Positions 1 to 9,503 of a stretch of DNA of 64,000 bases are shown here, one piece after another. The position numbers and the translations under genes were made by a program. The notes beneath the pieces were generated by a model. The model saw nothing but the letters and a program-made list of their open reading frames with translations, was not told where the DNA came from and made no database searches. Location: contig OY771506.1 in the NCBI GenBank assembly GCA_963674705.1, positions 5,408,001 through 5,472,000 on the forward strand, read 5' to 3'. Source of the DNA: Phycisphaeraceae bacterium. GTDB taxonomy: Bacteria; Planctomycetota; Phycisphaerae; Phycisphaerales; Phycisphaeraceae. Position 1 is the stretch's first letter. Each line of letters starts with the position of its first letter.

Positions 1-687
1 ACCGATGCGCCACGGGTCTTCAAAACCGGGCCGATTGATCGCACCGACGAAGTACTGGTTCGCCACCGCATGGGCCGGTTGTTCCAGTTTCCAAAGATAT
101 TCGCTCAGACCGGCCACCGTGGCGGACGGATTAAAGACGATCTCGGCGCCGTTCAAACCCAAACATCTCGCGCCATCCGGGAAGTGCCTGTCGTAGCAGA
201 TATAAACACCGACCTTGCCGATCTTCGTATCAAAAACCGGGTACCCGAGGTTGCCCGGGCGGAAGTAGAACTTCTCCCAGAAGCCGGGGTTGCAATGCGG
301 GATATGGACCTTGCGGAATTTGCCAAGGAACGTGCCGTCGGCATCAATGACCGCGGCGGTGTTGTAGTACACGCCGGTCATCTCTTCTTCATACATCGGC
401 ACCACGATCACCATCTTGTGTTTCTTGGCCAGGTCCTGCATAAGTCTTGTGGTCGGGCCGTCCGGGATACGCTCCGTCAGGTCATACCACTTGGTCTGCT
501 GCTCGGCGCAGAAGTACGGGCCGTAGAACAATTCCTGCAAACAAACAACCTGGGCCCCCTTCTCGGCGGCCTGGCCAATCATGTCAACGTGTTTGTCGAT
601 CATCGCCTGTTTGATCTTGGCGACGGGGGAGGTGACGGGCTCACAGAGCGTGGCCTGAATCAGTGCACCGCGGACATTTCGTGCCAT
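1..687 (-). CDS. Nitrilase-superfamily amidohydrolase, beta-ureidopropionase-like (runs off the window's left edge)
   Basis: Not in the ORF track because no stop lies in the window. Manual translation from ATG 687 gives MARNVRGALIQ...CLQELFYGPYFC...FRKVHIPH...FWEKFYF...VYICYDRHFP, containing the E-K-C catalytic triad motifs of the nitrilase family. Confidence 0.88.
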   Translation of the reverse strand, partial: MARNVRGALIQATLCEPVTSPVAKIKQAMIDKHVDMIGQAAEKGAQVVCLQELFYGPYFCAEQQTKWYDLTERIPDGPTTRLMQDLAKKHKMVIVVPMYEEEMTGVYYNTAAVIDADGTFLGKFRKVHIPHCNPGFWEKFYFRPGNLGYPVFDTKIGKVGVYICYDRHFPDGARCLGLNGAEIVFNPSATVAGLSEYLWKLEQPAHAVANQYFVGAINRPGFEDPWRIG

Positions 688-781
688 TTTCTTGACTCCA
701 AACAGTCACAAGCCTTTGGGAAACGAACAGGATACCATATAATCGCTCATTTCCGATGCATAATTTCTCTATGGGCGATCT

Positions 782-2305
782 ATGTCAAGACTGGATACGG
801 TGAATATGAATCAAGTGAAGATGTTAATCGGGGGTTCCTGGCAAACAAGTAAGAGCACGCGAACCGGTGATGTCTTCAATCCATCGACCGGTAAAGTGAT
901 CGCACAGGCCCCGATGTGCACCGCAGACGAGGCGGATCAAACCGTGCAAGCCGCTGCCAAGGCCTTCCCCGCTTGGCGCGATACGCCGGTCGTGGATCGT
1001 GCGCGAATCATGTTCCGCTTCCGCGACCAGATGGAACGAGACTTCGAGAATCTCGCCGCCCTCGTCACCCGGGAGCACGGCAAGACCCTGCCGGAGGCTC
1101 GCGCCGAGGTCCAGCGCGGCATCGAGATGGCCGAGTTCGCCGCCGGCATCCCAAGCTTGATCAAGGGTGAAACCCTGCCCAATATCGCTACCAATGTCGA
1201 TGCCGAAACGGTCCGTCACCCCGTCGGCGTCTGCGTCGGGATTACGCCGTACAACTTCCCGTTCATGGTGCCACTATGGATGATGCCGATCGCGATCACC
1301 TGCGGCAACACCTTCGTGCTCAAGCCCTCTGAAAAAGTACCGCTGTCATCTGTACGCATGGCCGAACTGCTCATGGAAGCCGGACTGCCCGATGGCGTCT
1401 TTAACATGGTCCACGGTGACAAGGAATGTGTCGACACACTCCTGACCCACCCGCTCGTGGCAGCCATCTCATTCGTGGGCTCGACCAAAATCGCCAAGTA
1501 CATCTACGAAACCGGCACCACACATGGCAAGCGTGTGCAAGCTGCCGGTGGCGCGAAGAACCATATGATCATCATGCCCGATGCAGATATCGATCTATCC
1601 GTCAAAGCAGTCGCCGCCTCGGCGTACGGCTGCGCGGGCCAGCGCTGCATGGCAGGCAGCGTCGCGGTTGCAGTCGGTGAGATCGGTGATCCGCTTGTCG
1701 ATCAATTGCACGATTACGCCTCCGGCCTGAAGACCGGCCCTACCGACGGCGCAGAAGCCGACATGGGCCCGCTTATCAATCTCGACGCCGTCAACCGCAT
1801 CGGTTCTTACCTGGATATCGCGAAAAACGAAGGCGCCACCGTCCGGCTCGACGGCAGGGAAAACGTCCGCGGCGATGGCTTCCTCGTCGGCCCCAGCATC
1901 GTCGACCAGGTCCAGCCCAAGATGCGTGTCGCACAGGAAGAGATCTTCGGTCCCGTACTCTCCGTCATCCGAACTGACGATCTTGATGCGGCACTGGAAG
2001 TCGGACGCAACTGCCCGTACGGTAATGGCGCATCGATCTTTACGAATTCCGGCTACGCCGCACGCCAGTTCAAGCAGCACTTCAATGCCGGCATGATAGG
2101 TATCAACGTCGGTGTGCCGGCCCCGATGGCATGGTTCCCCTTCACGGGCTGGAACCAATCCTTCTTCGGCGACCTGCATATCCAGGGCAATGAAGGCGTA
2201 CACTTCTACACCCATCAAAAGACCGTCCTCACACGCTGGTTTGCTCCCGAAAACGAGTGCCACCATGACCCAGTCTGGAAGACCGGGCAAGGCAAAAACG
2301 GCTGA
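782..2305 (+). CDS. mmsA: CoA-acylating (methyl)malonate-semialdehyde dehydrogenase
   Basis: ALDH motifs ITPYNFP, LKPSEK, SFVGST, GGAKNH, AGQRCMA, EEIFGPV and GINVGVPAP. The start could instead be ATG 806. Confidence 0.92.
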   Translation: MSRLDTVNMNQVKMLIGGSWQTSKSTRTGDVFNPSTGKVIAQAPMCTADEADQTVQAAAKAFPAWRDTPVVDRARIMFRFRDQMERDFENLAALVTREHGKTLPEARAEVQRGIEMAEFAAGIPSLIKGETLPNIATNVDAETVRHPVGVCVGITPYNFPFMVPLWMMPIAITCGNTFVLKPSEKVPLSSVRMAELLMEAGLPDGVFNMVHGDKECVDTLLTHPLVAAISFVGSTKIAKYIYETGTTHGKRVQAAGGAKNHMIIMPDADIDLSVKAVAASAYGCAGQRCMAGSVAVAVGEIGDPLVDQLHDYASGLKTGPTDGAEADMGPLINLDAVNRIGSYLDIAKNEGATVRLDGRENVRGDGFLVGPSIVDQVQPKMRVAQEEIFGPVLSVIRTDDLDAALEVGRNCPYGNGASIFTNSGYAARQFKQHFNAGMIGINVGVPAPMAWFPFTGWNQSFFGDLHIQGNEGVHFYTHQKTVLTRWFAPENECHHDPVWKTGQGKNG

Positions 2306-2380
2306 GATGCGACGCAATGACCTCAGCCTCTTAGGCTGCTATCATCATGGATCACACACTGAATCCGTGGTGCCAGCACT

Positions 2381-3757
2381 ATGAAGCAAATGTCAAGTCA
2401 AAACCTGGTCTATATCGCTCGCGCGGCCATGGCTGTTGTCCTGATCGTTGTCGCAGGGGGTATTTTCATGCTCCTGGCACGAAGCCGGCCTGTCGTACCT
2501 AGCACCGATCCAAACCAGCAGCACAACCGTGTTAACGTGTTTACCGCCCGTGCAATCGATGTCCACCGCCACTGGACGGGCTACGGTACAGCCGAAGCGG
2601 TCGAATCCGCCAACGTGCCCGCACGTGTCACCGCCACCGTCGACCAGATCCCGCCGCAGATCCTCGAAGGCGCGGTTGTCAGCAAGGGGCAACTGCTGGC
2701 CGAACTGGATAACAGCGACTTTGTGAATCAACTCCGCGTGACTGAGCAGAACATGGCCGCTGTCGACGCAATGATTGAAGAACTGGACCGACAGGAGAAG
2801 TCACTCAATGAACGTGTAGCTGTTGAGAGCGACGATCTGGAACTTGCCCGGCAGGAACTGGCGCGTGTTAAAAATATGTTTGAAAACAACGCCGCCAACC
2901 AGAAAGACCTGGACGCCTCCGAGCGGACCGTGCTTAGCGTGCAACGCAGCAAACTCCAGATCGAGCAAACCCTCTCTGGTATCCAACCGAGACGTGATCA
3001 ACTACTTGCCCAAAAGGCGGAACTGCAAGCCACCGCCGACACTGCTCAATTGAACGTCGAACGATGCAGCGTCCGGAGCCCGATCGACGGCGTGCTTCAA
3101 TTCGTTGATATCGAGGTCGGCGAAAGCGTCGCGCCGGGCCAGCGCATCGCCCGCGTTGTGAATACCGATCGCATCCAGACACCGATCAGCCTCCCGGCTA
3201 ACGCACGATCGCACATCCGCGTCGGCGATAAAACCTACCTGACATCCACCGCCGATCCCGATCAATCCTGGGAAGCCCAAGTCACACGCATCACTCCCGA
3301 AGACGATCCACAGACACGCACGTTCGCCGCATATGTTGAGGTCAACCAGAAACAGCAATCCGAATCCGGCAATTCACAAATGCGTCTGTCCCCGGGTGTG
3401 TTTGTTCGTGGCTCTGTGGTAGCTTCGGAAAGTGAGAACCGCGTCGTGGTGCCACGTCGTTCTGTGCGCATCGAACGCGCGATGGTCGTAATCGACGACA
3501 TACTCGAGAGCCGAAAGGTAACCGAAGCCTACGCGATCGATGGACCGCTGCCGGAAACCGGTTTGCTGGATCAGGAATGGGCGGTCCTCACAGAAGGCAT
3601 CGAGCCCGGCGATGTCGTCGTATTGACCCCGACACGCTCGCTGAGCGATGGTCAGCAGATCGAGCCTGTGATGGTAGATAATGAATTACTCACTGACACG
3701 GTGCGTGAACAAGATGAAGCCACGTTAGCAACGACTCAACGGGGGGAATCGCGGTGA
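2381..3757 (+). CDS. RND efflux periplasmic adaptor (MFP)
   Basis: N-terminal TM segment, lipoyl half-motifs (EGAVVSKGQLLAELD; VRSPIDGV), long coiled coil, PQTRTF motif. Overlaps the start of the RND gene. Confidence 0.88.
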   Translation: MKQMSSQNLVYIARAAMAVVLIVVAGGIFMLLARSRPVVPSTDPNQQHNRVNVFTARAIDVHRHWTGYGTAEAVESANVPARVTATVDQIPPQILEGAVVSKGQLLAELDNSDFVNQLRVTEQNMAAVDAMIEELDRQEKSLNERVAVESDDLELARQELARVKNMFENNAANQKDLDASERTVLSVQRSKLQIEQTLSGIQPRRDQLLAQKAELQATADTAQLNVERCSVRSPIDGVLQFVDIEVGESVAPGQRIARVVNTDRIQTPISLPANARSHIRVGDKTYLTSTADPDQSWEAQVTRITPEDDPQTRTFAAYVEVNQKQQSESGNSQMRLSPGVFVRGSVVASESENRVVVPRRSVRIERAMVVIDDILESRKVTEAYAIDGPLPETGLLDQEWAVLTEGIEPGDVVVLTPTRSLSDGQQIEPVMVDNELLTDTVREQDEATLATTQRGESR

Positions 3758-6700
3758 GTCTTGCCAACTACGGGGTCCGTAAGCCGGTCCCTGTGAACCT
3801 GCTGATGATCGCGATCCTGCTAGCGGGTATCGTTTCGGGCCTCACGCTTCGCCGTGAGTTCTTCCCCGAGTCCGACCCGGACATGGCATCCGTGCGCATG
3901 CCCTACCCCGGCGTCACGCCCGATGAGCTTGAAGAAACACTCGCCATCAAGGTCGAAGATGCACTGATCGACCTGGACGAAATCAAGGAACTGCGCACGA
4001 CTCTCACCGAAGGCGGTGGCGGTATCGTTGTCGAGTTTAGAGAAGATGCCGATCCTGATGAAGGGCTGGACGAAATCGATCGCGCGATCGATGCGCTGCA
4101 GGATTTGCCCGAAGAGTCCGAAGAAATCCAGGCGCAGCTTATGGAGCCGAAGCTCCCGGTCATCCGACTCACGCTCTACGGCGATCTTGACGAGCAGGCG
4201 ATGAAACGCGCAATCCGCGGCATCCGTGACGAGTTGCGCGCCATGCCGGACATGGGTGAGATCCTTGTCGAAGGTGTACGCGATTACGAACTGCGCATCG
4301 ATGTACGATCCGGAGCCCTGCTCGAACACAAACTGAGCCTGCCACAAGTCGCCGATAGTGTCCGTCAGTGGATGACCGACATCCCCGGCGGAACCGTCCG
4401 CACCGGCACGAACAACGTCAAGGTCCGTACGATGGGCGTTGAAGAGCGGGCCTCGGCAGTCCGAGACATCATCATCAAAGCCAATCCCGCCGGTCCGGCT
4501 GTCAGGCTGGGTGATATTGCCAACGTCACCGACTCCTTTGTCGACGAACAACTCTACTTCCGTTTCAACGGCCAACCCGCCGTCAGCCTGACTGTCTTCA
4601 AGGTCGGCGAGCAGGATATCGTCCAGATTGCGGAGATGGTACGAGCGTATGTCGATGGGCAGAACAACAAGCCGTTTGTCCCTTCATCTTTAAGAGAGCG
4701 CGTTGTTACAAACGTACCTTTCCAAGGGCTACGCAACTTTTTAGGGCCCTTGCCACGATTTGAAGCCTGGAAAGTCGGTCAGAACAGCCAATACCCCATC
4801 CCCGTGGGTGCGTCATTAACCACCGACACAGACCTTGCCCGATTCGTCGAAGGCAGGCTCGACCTTCTCATGCGCAACGCCAAATACGGCGCGATCCTCG
4901 TATTCCTTACGCTGCTTGCGTTCTTGAACTGGCGCGTCGCGATGTGGGTCGGCGTGGGCCTGGTCACCGCCATCATGGGCACACTGATGCTCATGTCCTG
5001 GATGGATGTGACGCTCAACCTGCTGACCATGTTCGGCCTGATCGTTGTGCTGGGCCTGCTCGTTGACGATGCGATCGTCGTTGCGGAAAACATCCAGGCG
5101 CGTCACGACCGGGGAGAACCCTCCATCCGCGCCGCAGTGGCGGGTACGGACCAGGTTGCATGGCCTGTCGTTGCGACGGTCTTGACCAGTGTCGTCGCTT
5201 TTATGCCTTTGACTTTCATCCGCGGACGCATCGGCGATCTGCTGGGCGCTCTGCCGTGGGTTGTTGCTTGCGCTTTATTGATGAGCCTGATCGAGTCATT
5301 GGTTATCCTGCCCAGCCACATGGGCCACAGCCTCGCCAAGCGGGACAAGTCAAAGCCCGGCAAGACCGTGGACAAGATCCGTAAGTTCGAGAAGTGGCGC
5401 GACCACATCGTGCTGGACCGGATGATCCCGGCCTATGGCCGATTTATCGCTGTCGCGCTTAAGTTCCGCTACATCGCTGTCGCCGCGGCCTTAGCGATCT
5501 GGATCATCTCGATGGGCATCGTTGCCGGCGGGCGCGTCGCGTTCAACTTCCTGCCTTCCAGTGATTCTGAAACCATCATCATCGATGTCAACATGCCCAT
5601 CGGTTTCCCGATCGAGCAGACCAATGAAGTCGTCAAACGCATCGAAGAAGCCGCCATGCAGCAGCCCGAGACCAAGGGGATCGGCGCTGTGATCGGCCAA
5701 CGCGCTAATGTGGAAACCGGAAACGCCGAGGCGTTCGCGCCGCACGTCGCACAAATGTTCATCGAACTCAAGCCTGTTGAAGAACGCGACAAGGAATCAT
5801 CCAAGGTCATCCAGTCGATCCGCGATGCGTTAGATGGCAAAATCGACGACGTCGATCGCATCAGCTACAGCGAAATCCAGGGCGGGCCAAGCGGCAAGGA
5901 CATCACCCTCCGTGTGCGCGGTGATCACCCCGAACAAATCGAATCGGCTGTCCATGACATCGAATCCTGCCTGGCGAGTATCGAGGGCGTCCACGACATC
6001 GCCGACAACAACGACGTCGGCCAGATCGAACTCCGCTACGATGTGAAACCCGAAGGCAAAGCGTTGGGCTTCACCTCTGAAGAAGTTGCCCGTCAGGTAC
6101 GAGGTTTCCTGTACGGGATCGACGCCCACGTCTACGCCGCCGACCAGGAAGATATCGATGTGCGTGTACGTTTGGATGAAGACACCCGCCGCAGCCTTTA
6201 TGCCGTGCAAAACGCCTGGCTGATCAGCCCCGCAGGTCTGCCCGTACCGATGAACCAGGTTGCCGAGGTCACCGAGAACGAAGCCTACTCGACGATCAAC
6301 CGCTTCAACCGCCAACGCGCCATCACGGTCGAGGCAAGCGTCGCCCCGGGAATCAGCCCCGAAGCAGTCATGGAAAAACTCACCACGGCGCAGACCGAGC
6401 AGGCCGAAGGCTCAACCGAACCGAAACAAGTCAAGCCAAGCCCGTTGGACCAGATCCGCAACAAGTATCCGCACCTGACAATCGAATCCGCAGGCAGGCA
6501 ACAGCAGATGGCCGACGCCTTTGCCTCGCTGCCGTGGGGTTTCCTTGCAGCCAGCGCGATGATCTACATCATCCTCGCGATCCTGTTCAACAGCTTCTTC
6601 CAGCCGCTGGTCGTGATGCTCGTTGTCCCGTTCTCGATGGTCGGTGTGGTCTGGGGACACCTGATCCTCGGCTACGACATGACCTTCCTGAGCCTGATCG

Positions 6701-7110
6701 GCTTTGTCGCCCTGTCCGGTATCGTCGTCAACGACTCGCTGATCCTTGTCGAGTTCTTCAACAAGATGCGTGAAAAAGGCATGACCGTGCCTGACGCCCT
6801 CGTCGCCGCCGGCCGCGCCAGGCTCCGCGCGATCCTGCTGACCACGATCACGACCGTGCTAGGGCTGATGCCGCTGATTCTCGAAAAATCTTTCCAGGCT
6901 AAATTCCTGATCCCGATGGCGATCTCGATCGCCGCCGGGCTGATCTCTGCAACGATTCTTGTCCTCGTCGTACTGCCGTGCGTCATGGTCATCTTTGATG
7001 ATATCGGCTCGGTACTGTATTACTTGTGGCACGGGACCAAGCGCCCCAGCACACTACCGGTTTCTCATACCACGGAAGTAAGCTATGAAGACGACCCAAA
7101 CGAAACGTAA
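3754..7110 (+). CDS. AcrB/AcrD/AcrF-family RND transporter permease
   Basis: 1118 aa with GLLVDDAIVVAENI, GIVVNDSLILV and RLRAILLTTITTVLGLMPL; two-repeat RND architecture. Confidence 0.95.
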   Translation: MSLANYGVRKPVPVNLLMIAILLAGIVSGLTLRREFFPESDPDMASVRMPYPGVTPDELEETLAIKVEDALIDLDEIKELRTTLTEGGGGIVVEFREDADPDEGLDEIDRAIDALQDLPEESEEIQAQLMEPKLPVIRLTLYGDLDEQAMKRAIRGIRDELRAMPDMGEILVEGVRDYELRIDVRSGALLEHKLSLPQVADSVRQWMTDIPGGTVRTGTNNVKVRTMGVEERASAVRDIIIKANPAGPAVRLGDIANVTDSFVDEQLYFRFNGQPAVSLTVFKVGEQDIVQIAEMVRAYVDGQNNKPFVPSSLRERVVTNVPFQGLRNFLGPLPRFEAWKVGQNSQYPIPVGASLTTDTDLARFVEGRLDLLMRNAKYGAILVFLTLLAFLNWRVAMWVGVGLVTAIMGTLMLMSWMDVTLNLLTMFGLIVVLGLLVDDAIVVAENIQARHDRGEPSIRAAVAGTDQVAWPVVATVLTSVVAFMPLTFIRGRIGDLLGALPWVVACALLMSLIESLVILPSHMGHSLAKRDKSKPGKTVDKIRKFEKWRDHIVLDRMIPAYGRFIAVALKFRYIAVAAALAIWIISMGIVAGGRVAFNFLPSSDSETIIIDVNMPIGFPIEQTNEVVKRIEEAAMQQPETKGIGAVIGQRANVETGNAEAFAPHVAQMFIELKPVEERDKESSKVIQSIRDALDGKIDDVDRISYSEIQGGPSGKDITLRVRGDHPEQIESAVHDIESCLASIEGVHDIADNNDVGQIELRYDVKPEGKALGFTSEEVARQVRGFLYGIDAHVYAADQEDIDVRVRLDEDTRRSLYAVQNAWLISPAGLPVPMNQVAEVTENEAYSTINRFNRQRAITVEASVAPGISPEAVMEKLTTAQTEQAEGSTEPKQVKPSPLDQIRNKYPHLTIESAGRQQQMADAFASLPWGFLAASAMIYIILAILFNSFFQPLVVMLVVPFSMVGVVWGHLILGYDMTFLSLIGFVALSGIVVNDSLILVEFFNKMREKGMTVPDALVAAGRARLRAILLTTITTVLGLMPLILEKSFQAKFLIPMAISIAAGLISATILVLVVLPCVMVIFDDIGSVLYYLWHGTKRPSTLPVSHTTEVSYEDDPNET

Positions 7111-7963
7111 GCGACGCACCATGCACGCAGCGGCAGCCATCTCGGCACTGTTGATCCTCGCCCTGACGGTCAGCCTCTCCCCCGCTCAACAACCCGCCGC
7201 CGCAACGACCGATCTCTCCCGCTACGAGGGGATCGCATACCCCAGCAAACAGGTTGTCCTCAACGCACCGGTCGACGGCAAACTCGCTTCGATCCTCTTT
7301 GAAGAAGGTGATCGTGTAAAGCAAGGTGAACTGCTCGCACAGATGGATGACGCGGAGCAGCAAGTCGTCGTCGAATCCGCCCGCCTGCAATGTGAGTCCG
7401 AGGCTGAGCTTGATCGCGCCAAGTTTGCCTTGGAAGAAGCGATCATCCTTCACGAACGTGCGACCGAAACCTATGAAAAAGACGCCGCCAGCGAATGGGA
7501 AGTGCGCCGGGCGCAACTGCAAAAAGACCAGGCCGAGGCCGACCTGCAACTCGCCAGAGACCGCATCAAGATTGCGACCGTGAATTTGGAACTGGAAGAA
7601 ACCCGCCTGGAACGCATGCAGGTGCTCGCACCGTTCGACGGTGAAGTCATCGAGCATAACGCCGAAGCCGGCGCCACCCTTACACGCGAAGAACCGATCC
7701 TGGCTGTCGCCGCGCTCGACCCGCTCGAAGCACACATCAACCTGCCCGTCAGCGTCTTCAGCCAACTGCAGATCGGCAAGACCTATCAACTCAAGGCAGG
7801 CGATCCGATCAACGCCACGATCCCCGCCAAACTCAAACACATCTACCGCATCATCGACACCGCCAGCGAAACCGTGCGTTGTGTGTTTACCATCGACAAT
7901 AAAGACGCCGAACTCATCGCGGGCTTCCCCGTCACGCTAAGCAGCCTCACCCCGGCCGACTAG
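7085..7963 (+). CDS. Short HlyD/RND-type periplasmic adaptor with signal peptide
   Basis: Signal-like N-terminus, EEGDRVKQGELLAQMD, coiled coil, VLAPFDGEV and IDTASETV. The start may be 7121. Confidence 0.85.
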   Translation: MKTTQTKRKRRTMHAAAAISALLILALTVSLSPAQQPAAATTDLSRYEGIAYPSKQVVLNAPVDGKLASILFEEGDRVKQGELLAQMDDAEQQVVVESARLQCESEAELDRAKFALEEAIILHERATETYEKDAASEWEVRRAQLQKDQAEADLQLARDRIKIATVNLELEETRLERMQVLAPFDGEVIEHNAEAGATLTREEPILAVAALDPLEAHINLPVSVFSQLQIGKTYQLKAGDPINATIPAKLKHIYRIIDTASETVRCVFTIDNKDAELIAGFPVTLSSLTPAD

Positions 7964-7964
7964 C

Positions 7965-9401
7965 CTATTGACGTGACCGACGCACCATCGAAAAGTAAAT
8001 CGTCGTCAACACCAATATAAACACCGAGATGAAAAGCATGTTGAGGCTCCAGATCGGTAACTGGGCCTTGATATCTGCAACAGGACGGCCTTCTATCTGA
8101 GCAAGCCAGGTATGGAACCGGGTGTTCACGACAACAGCGGTGACAATAGCGATCAACCATGTCACAATAAAAGTAACCGCCCCCCGTGCCTGTGGCCCAC
8201 GCTTGCTGACACAAGCAACCGCAATGAAGAACAAGCCGATACCTGTCGCGGCGATCGTCAACGCCCACGCGACATCCTCGGCCTTCAGTGCCATTACGAC
8301 CATCCACGCGAACGATCCAAAGATAGCGCCGCCCAGCCCACCGAAAAACATCCCAGGCGCAGCCGGGTTACGTTGCATCACTTGATTAAGCGGCGGCGAA
8401 CCTTCCTGTTCACGGATCCTCCGCTGCCCACGGTTGGCCCATATCACAATCGGAATAAGACTACCCGCATAAACAAGAACCATGACACATTCGATAATGA
8501 CAAATGTCACCGGCTGCACCATGGGCCGCAACAACCATGAAGCTAAAGCCAACGAAACCATGAAAAGACAGACCATCACCCAAATAACAACCGCGTAACG
8601 GATCATAAACCGTCGCTCGGTCGGTGTATCGGTGTTCTTGATACTGATCCATGTCCCGAATAATCCACCAAATATGCCGATGATGGGTCCGATGAACATC
8701 GACCAGCTCAACAATAAGCCTGACGACTTGGCCGCCGCCCCGGTCCCCACCGCCGCGGTCGCCACCTTGGGTGTCATCGCCGGCAACGCCGCCATCACCG
8801 CCAAGGTAAATGCATGTGAAGGCCGTGTCGTTCGCAGACCGCGTTCCACCACGGATGCCAGTTCCTGTCGAACCATCGTTCGTGCGCGTGACAACCTCTG
8901 ACGAACAGCGCTTTCACTAAGACCTGACACCTCCGCTAACTGAGCGGTACTCATCTGCTCTCGATAATACAGCACGAGCACTTCACGGTAGTCCTGCGGG
9001 ATCGACTCGATCGCACGCCAGACCAGGGCGGTCTCGTCCTCTTTTTCTAATTGTTTGTCTGGCGCATGCTCAAAACCAGCCGTTGTCGATTCATCAGGCA
9101 AAGCTGAAGCGTTACGGTTCAGGTCCGTACGCTTACGCCGCAGCCAATCCCGCACACGGTTCCGGGCAATCGCACAGAGCCATGCCGCCAGTTTCTCCGG
9201 CTCTTTTAGTGATCGAATTTTCCGCCAAGCTTGTAAAAATGTATCCTGCGCCAGGTCTTCACTGATCGGGATGTCGCCGGTGGCGTTATAGGTAATGCTC
9301 GTAACCAGCCCCTGGTATCGCTCCACAACACGACGAAACGCGTCGTGCTCGCCGTTCTGACAGGCCTGCCAAAGCTCGGTATCACTAGTCATCTGGGTCA
9401 T
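7965..9401 (-). CDS. ECF sigma-70 factor with multi-TM C-terminal extension
   Basis: Region 2 (SEDLAQDTFLQAW...WLCAIARN) and region 4 (YREVLVLYY...SESAVRQRLSRAR), then an Ala-rich linker and about 7 hydrophobic segments. AAGGAG RBS at 9410-9415. Confidence 0.9.
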   Translation of the reverse strand: MTQMTSDTELWQACQNGEHDAFRRVVERYQGLVTSITYNATGDIPISEDLAQDTFLQAWRKIRSLKEPEKLAAWLCAIARNRVRDWLRRKRTDLNRNASALPDESTTAGFEHAPDKQLEKEDETALVWRAIESIPQDYREVLVLYYREQMSTAQLAEVSGLSESAVRQRLSRARTMVRQELASVVERGLRTTRPSHAFTLAVMAALPAMTPKVATAAVGTGAAAKSSGLLLSWSMFIGPIIGIFGGLFGTWISIKNTDTPTERRFMIRYAVVIWVMVCLFMVSLALASWLLRPMVQPVTFVIIECVMVLVYAGSLIPIVIWANRGQRRIREQEGSPPLNQVMQRNPAAPGMFFGGLGGAIFGSFAWMVVMALKAEDVAWALTIAATGIGLFFIAVACVSKRGPQARGAVTFIVTWLIAIVTAVVVNTRFHTWLAQIEGRPVADIKAQLPIWSLNMLFISVFILVLTTIYFSMVRRSRQ

Positions 9402-9432
9402 GGCTCGGTCTCCTTACTGCTGCTACCTATCC

Positions 9433-9459
9433 AGACGCAGCACCTGACCGGCTGTGACC
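9433..9459 (-). promoter_or_regulatory. Putative autoregulatory ECF promoter GGTCACA-N15-CGTCT
   Basis: Minus strand reads GGTCACAgccggtcaggtgctgCGTCT, about 30 nt upstream of the ECF gene. It resembles TCACA/CGTC-type ECF promoters. Confidence 0.5.
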
Positions 9460-9503
9460 AATTATATGAAGTGAACTGAAATATTTACCCCCAGATCCCC
9501 GGT

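Noticed and set aside
70..852. 260-aa plus-strand ORF
   Set aside because: Antisense shadow of the nitrilase-family gene on the minus strand.
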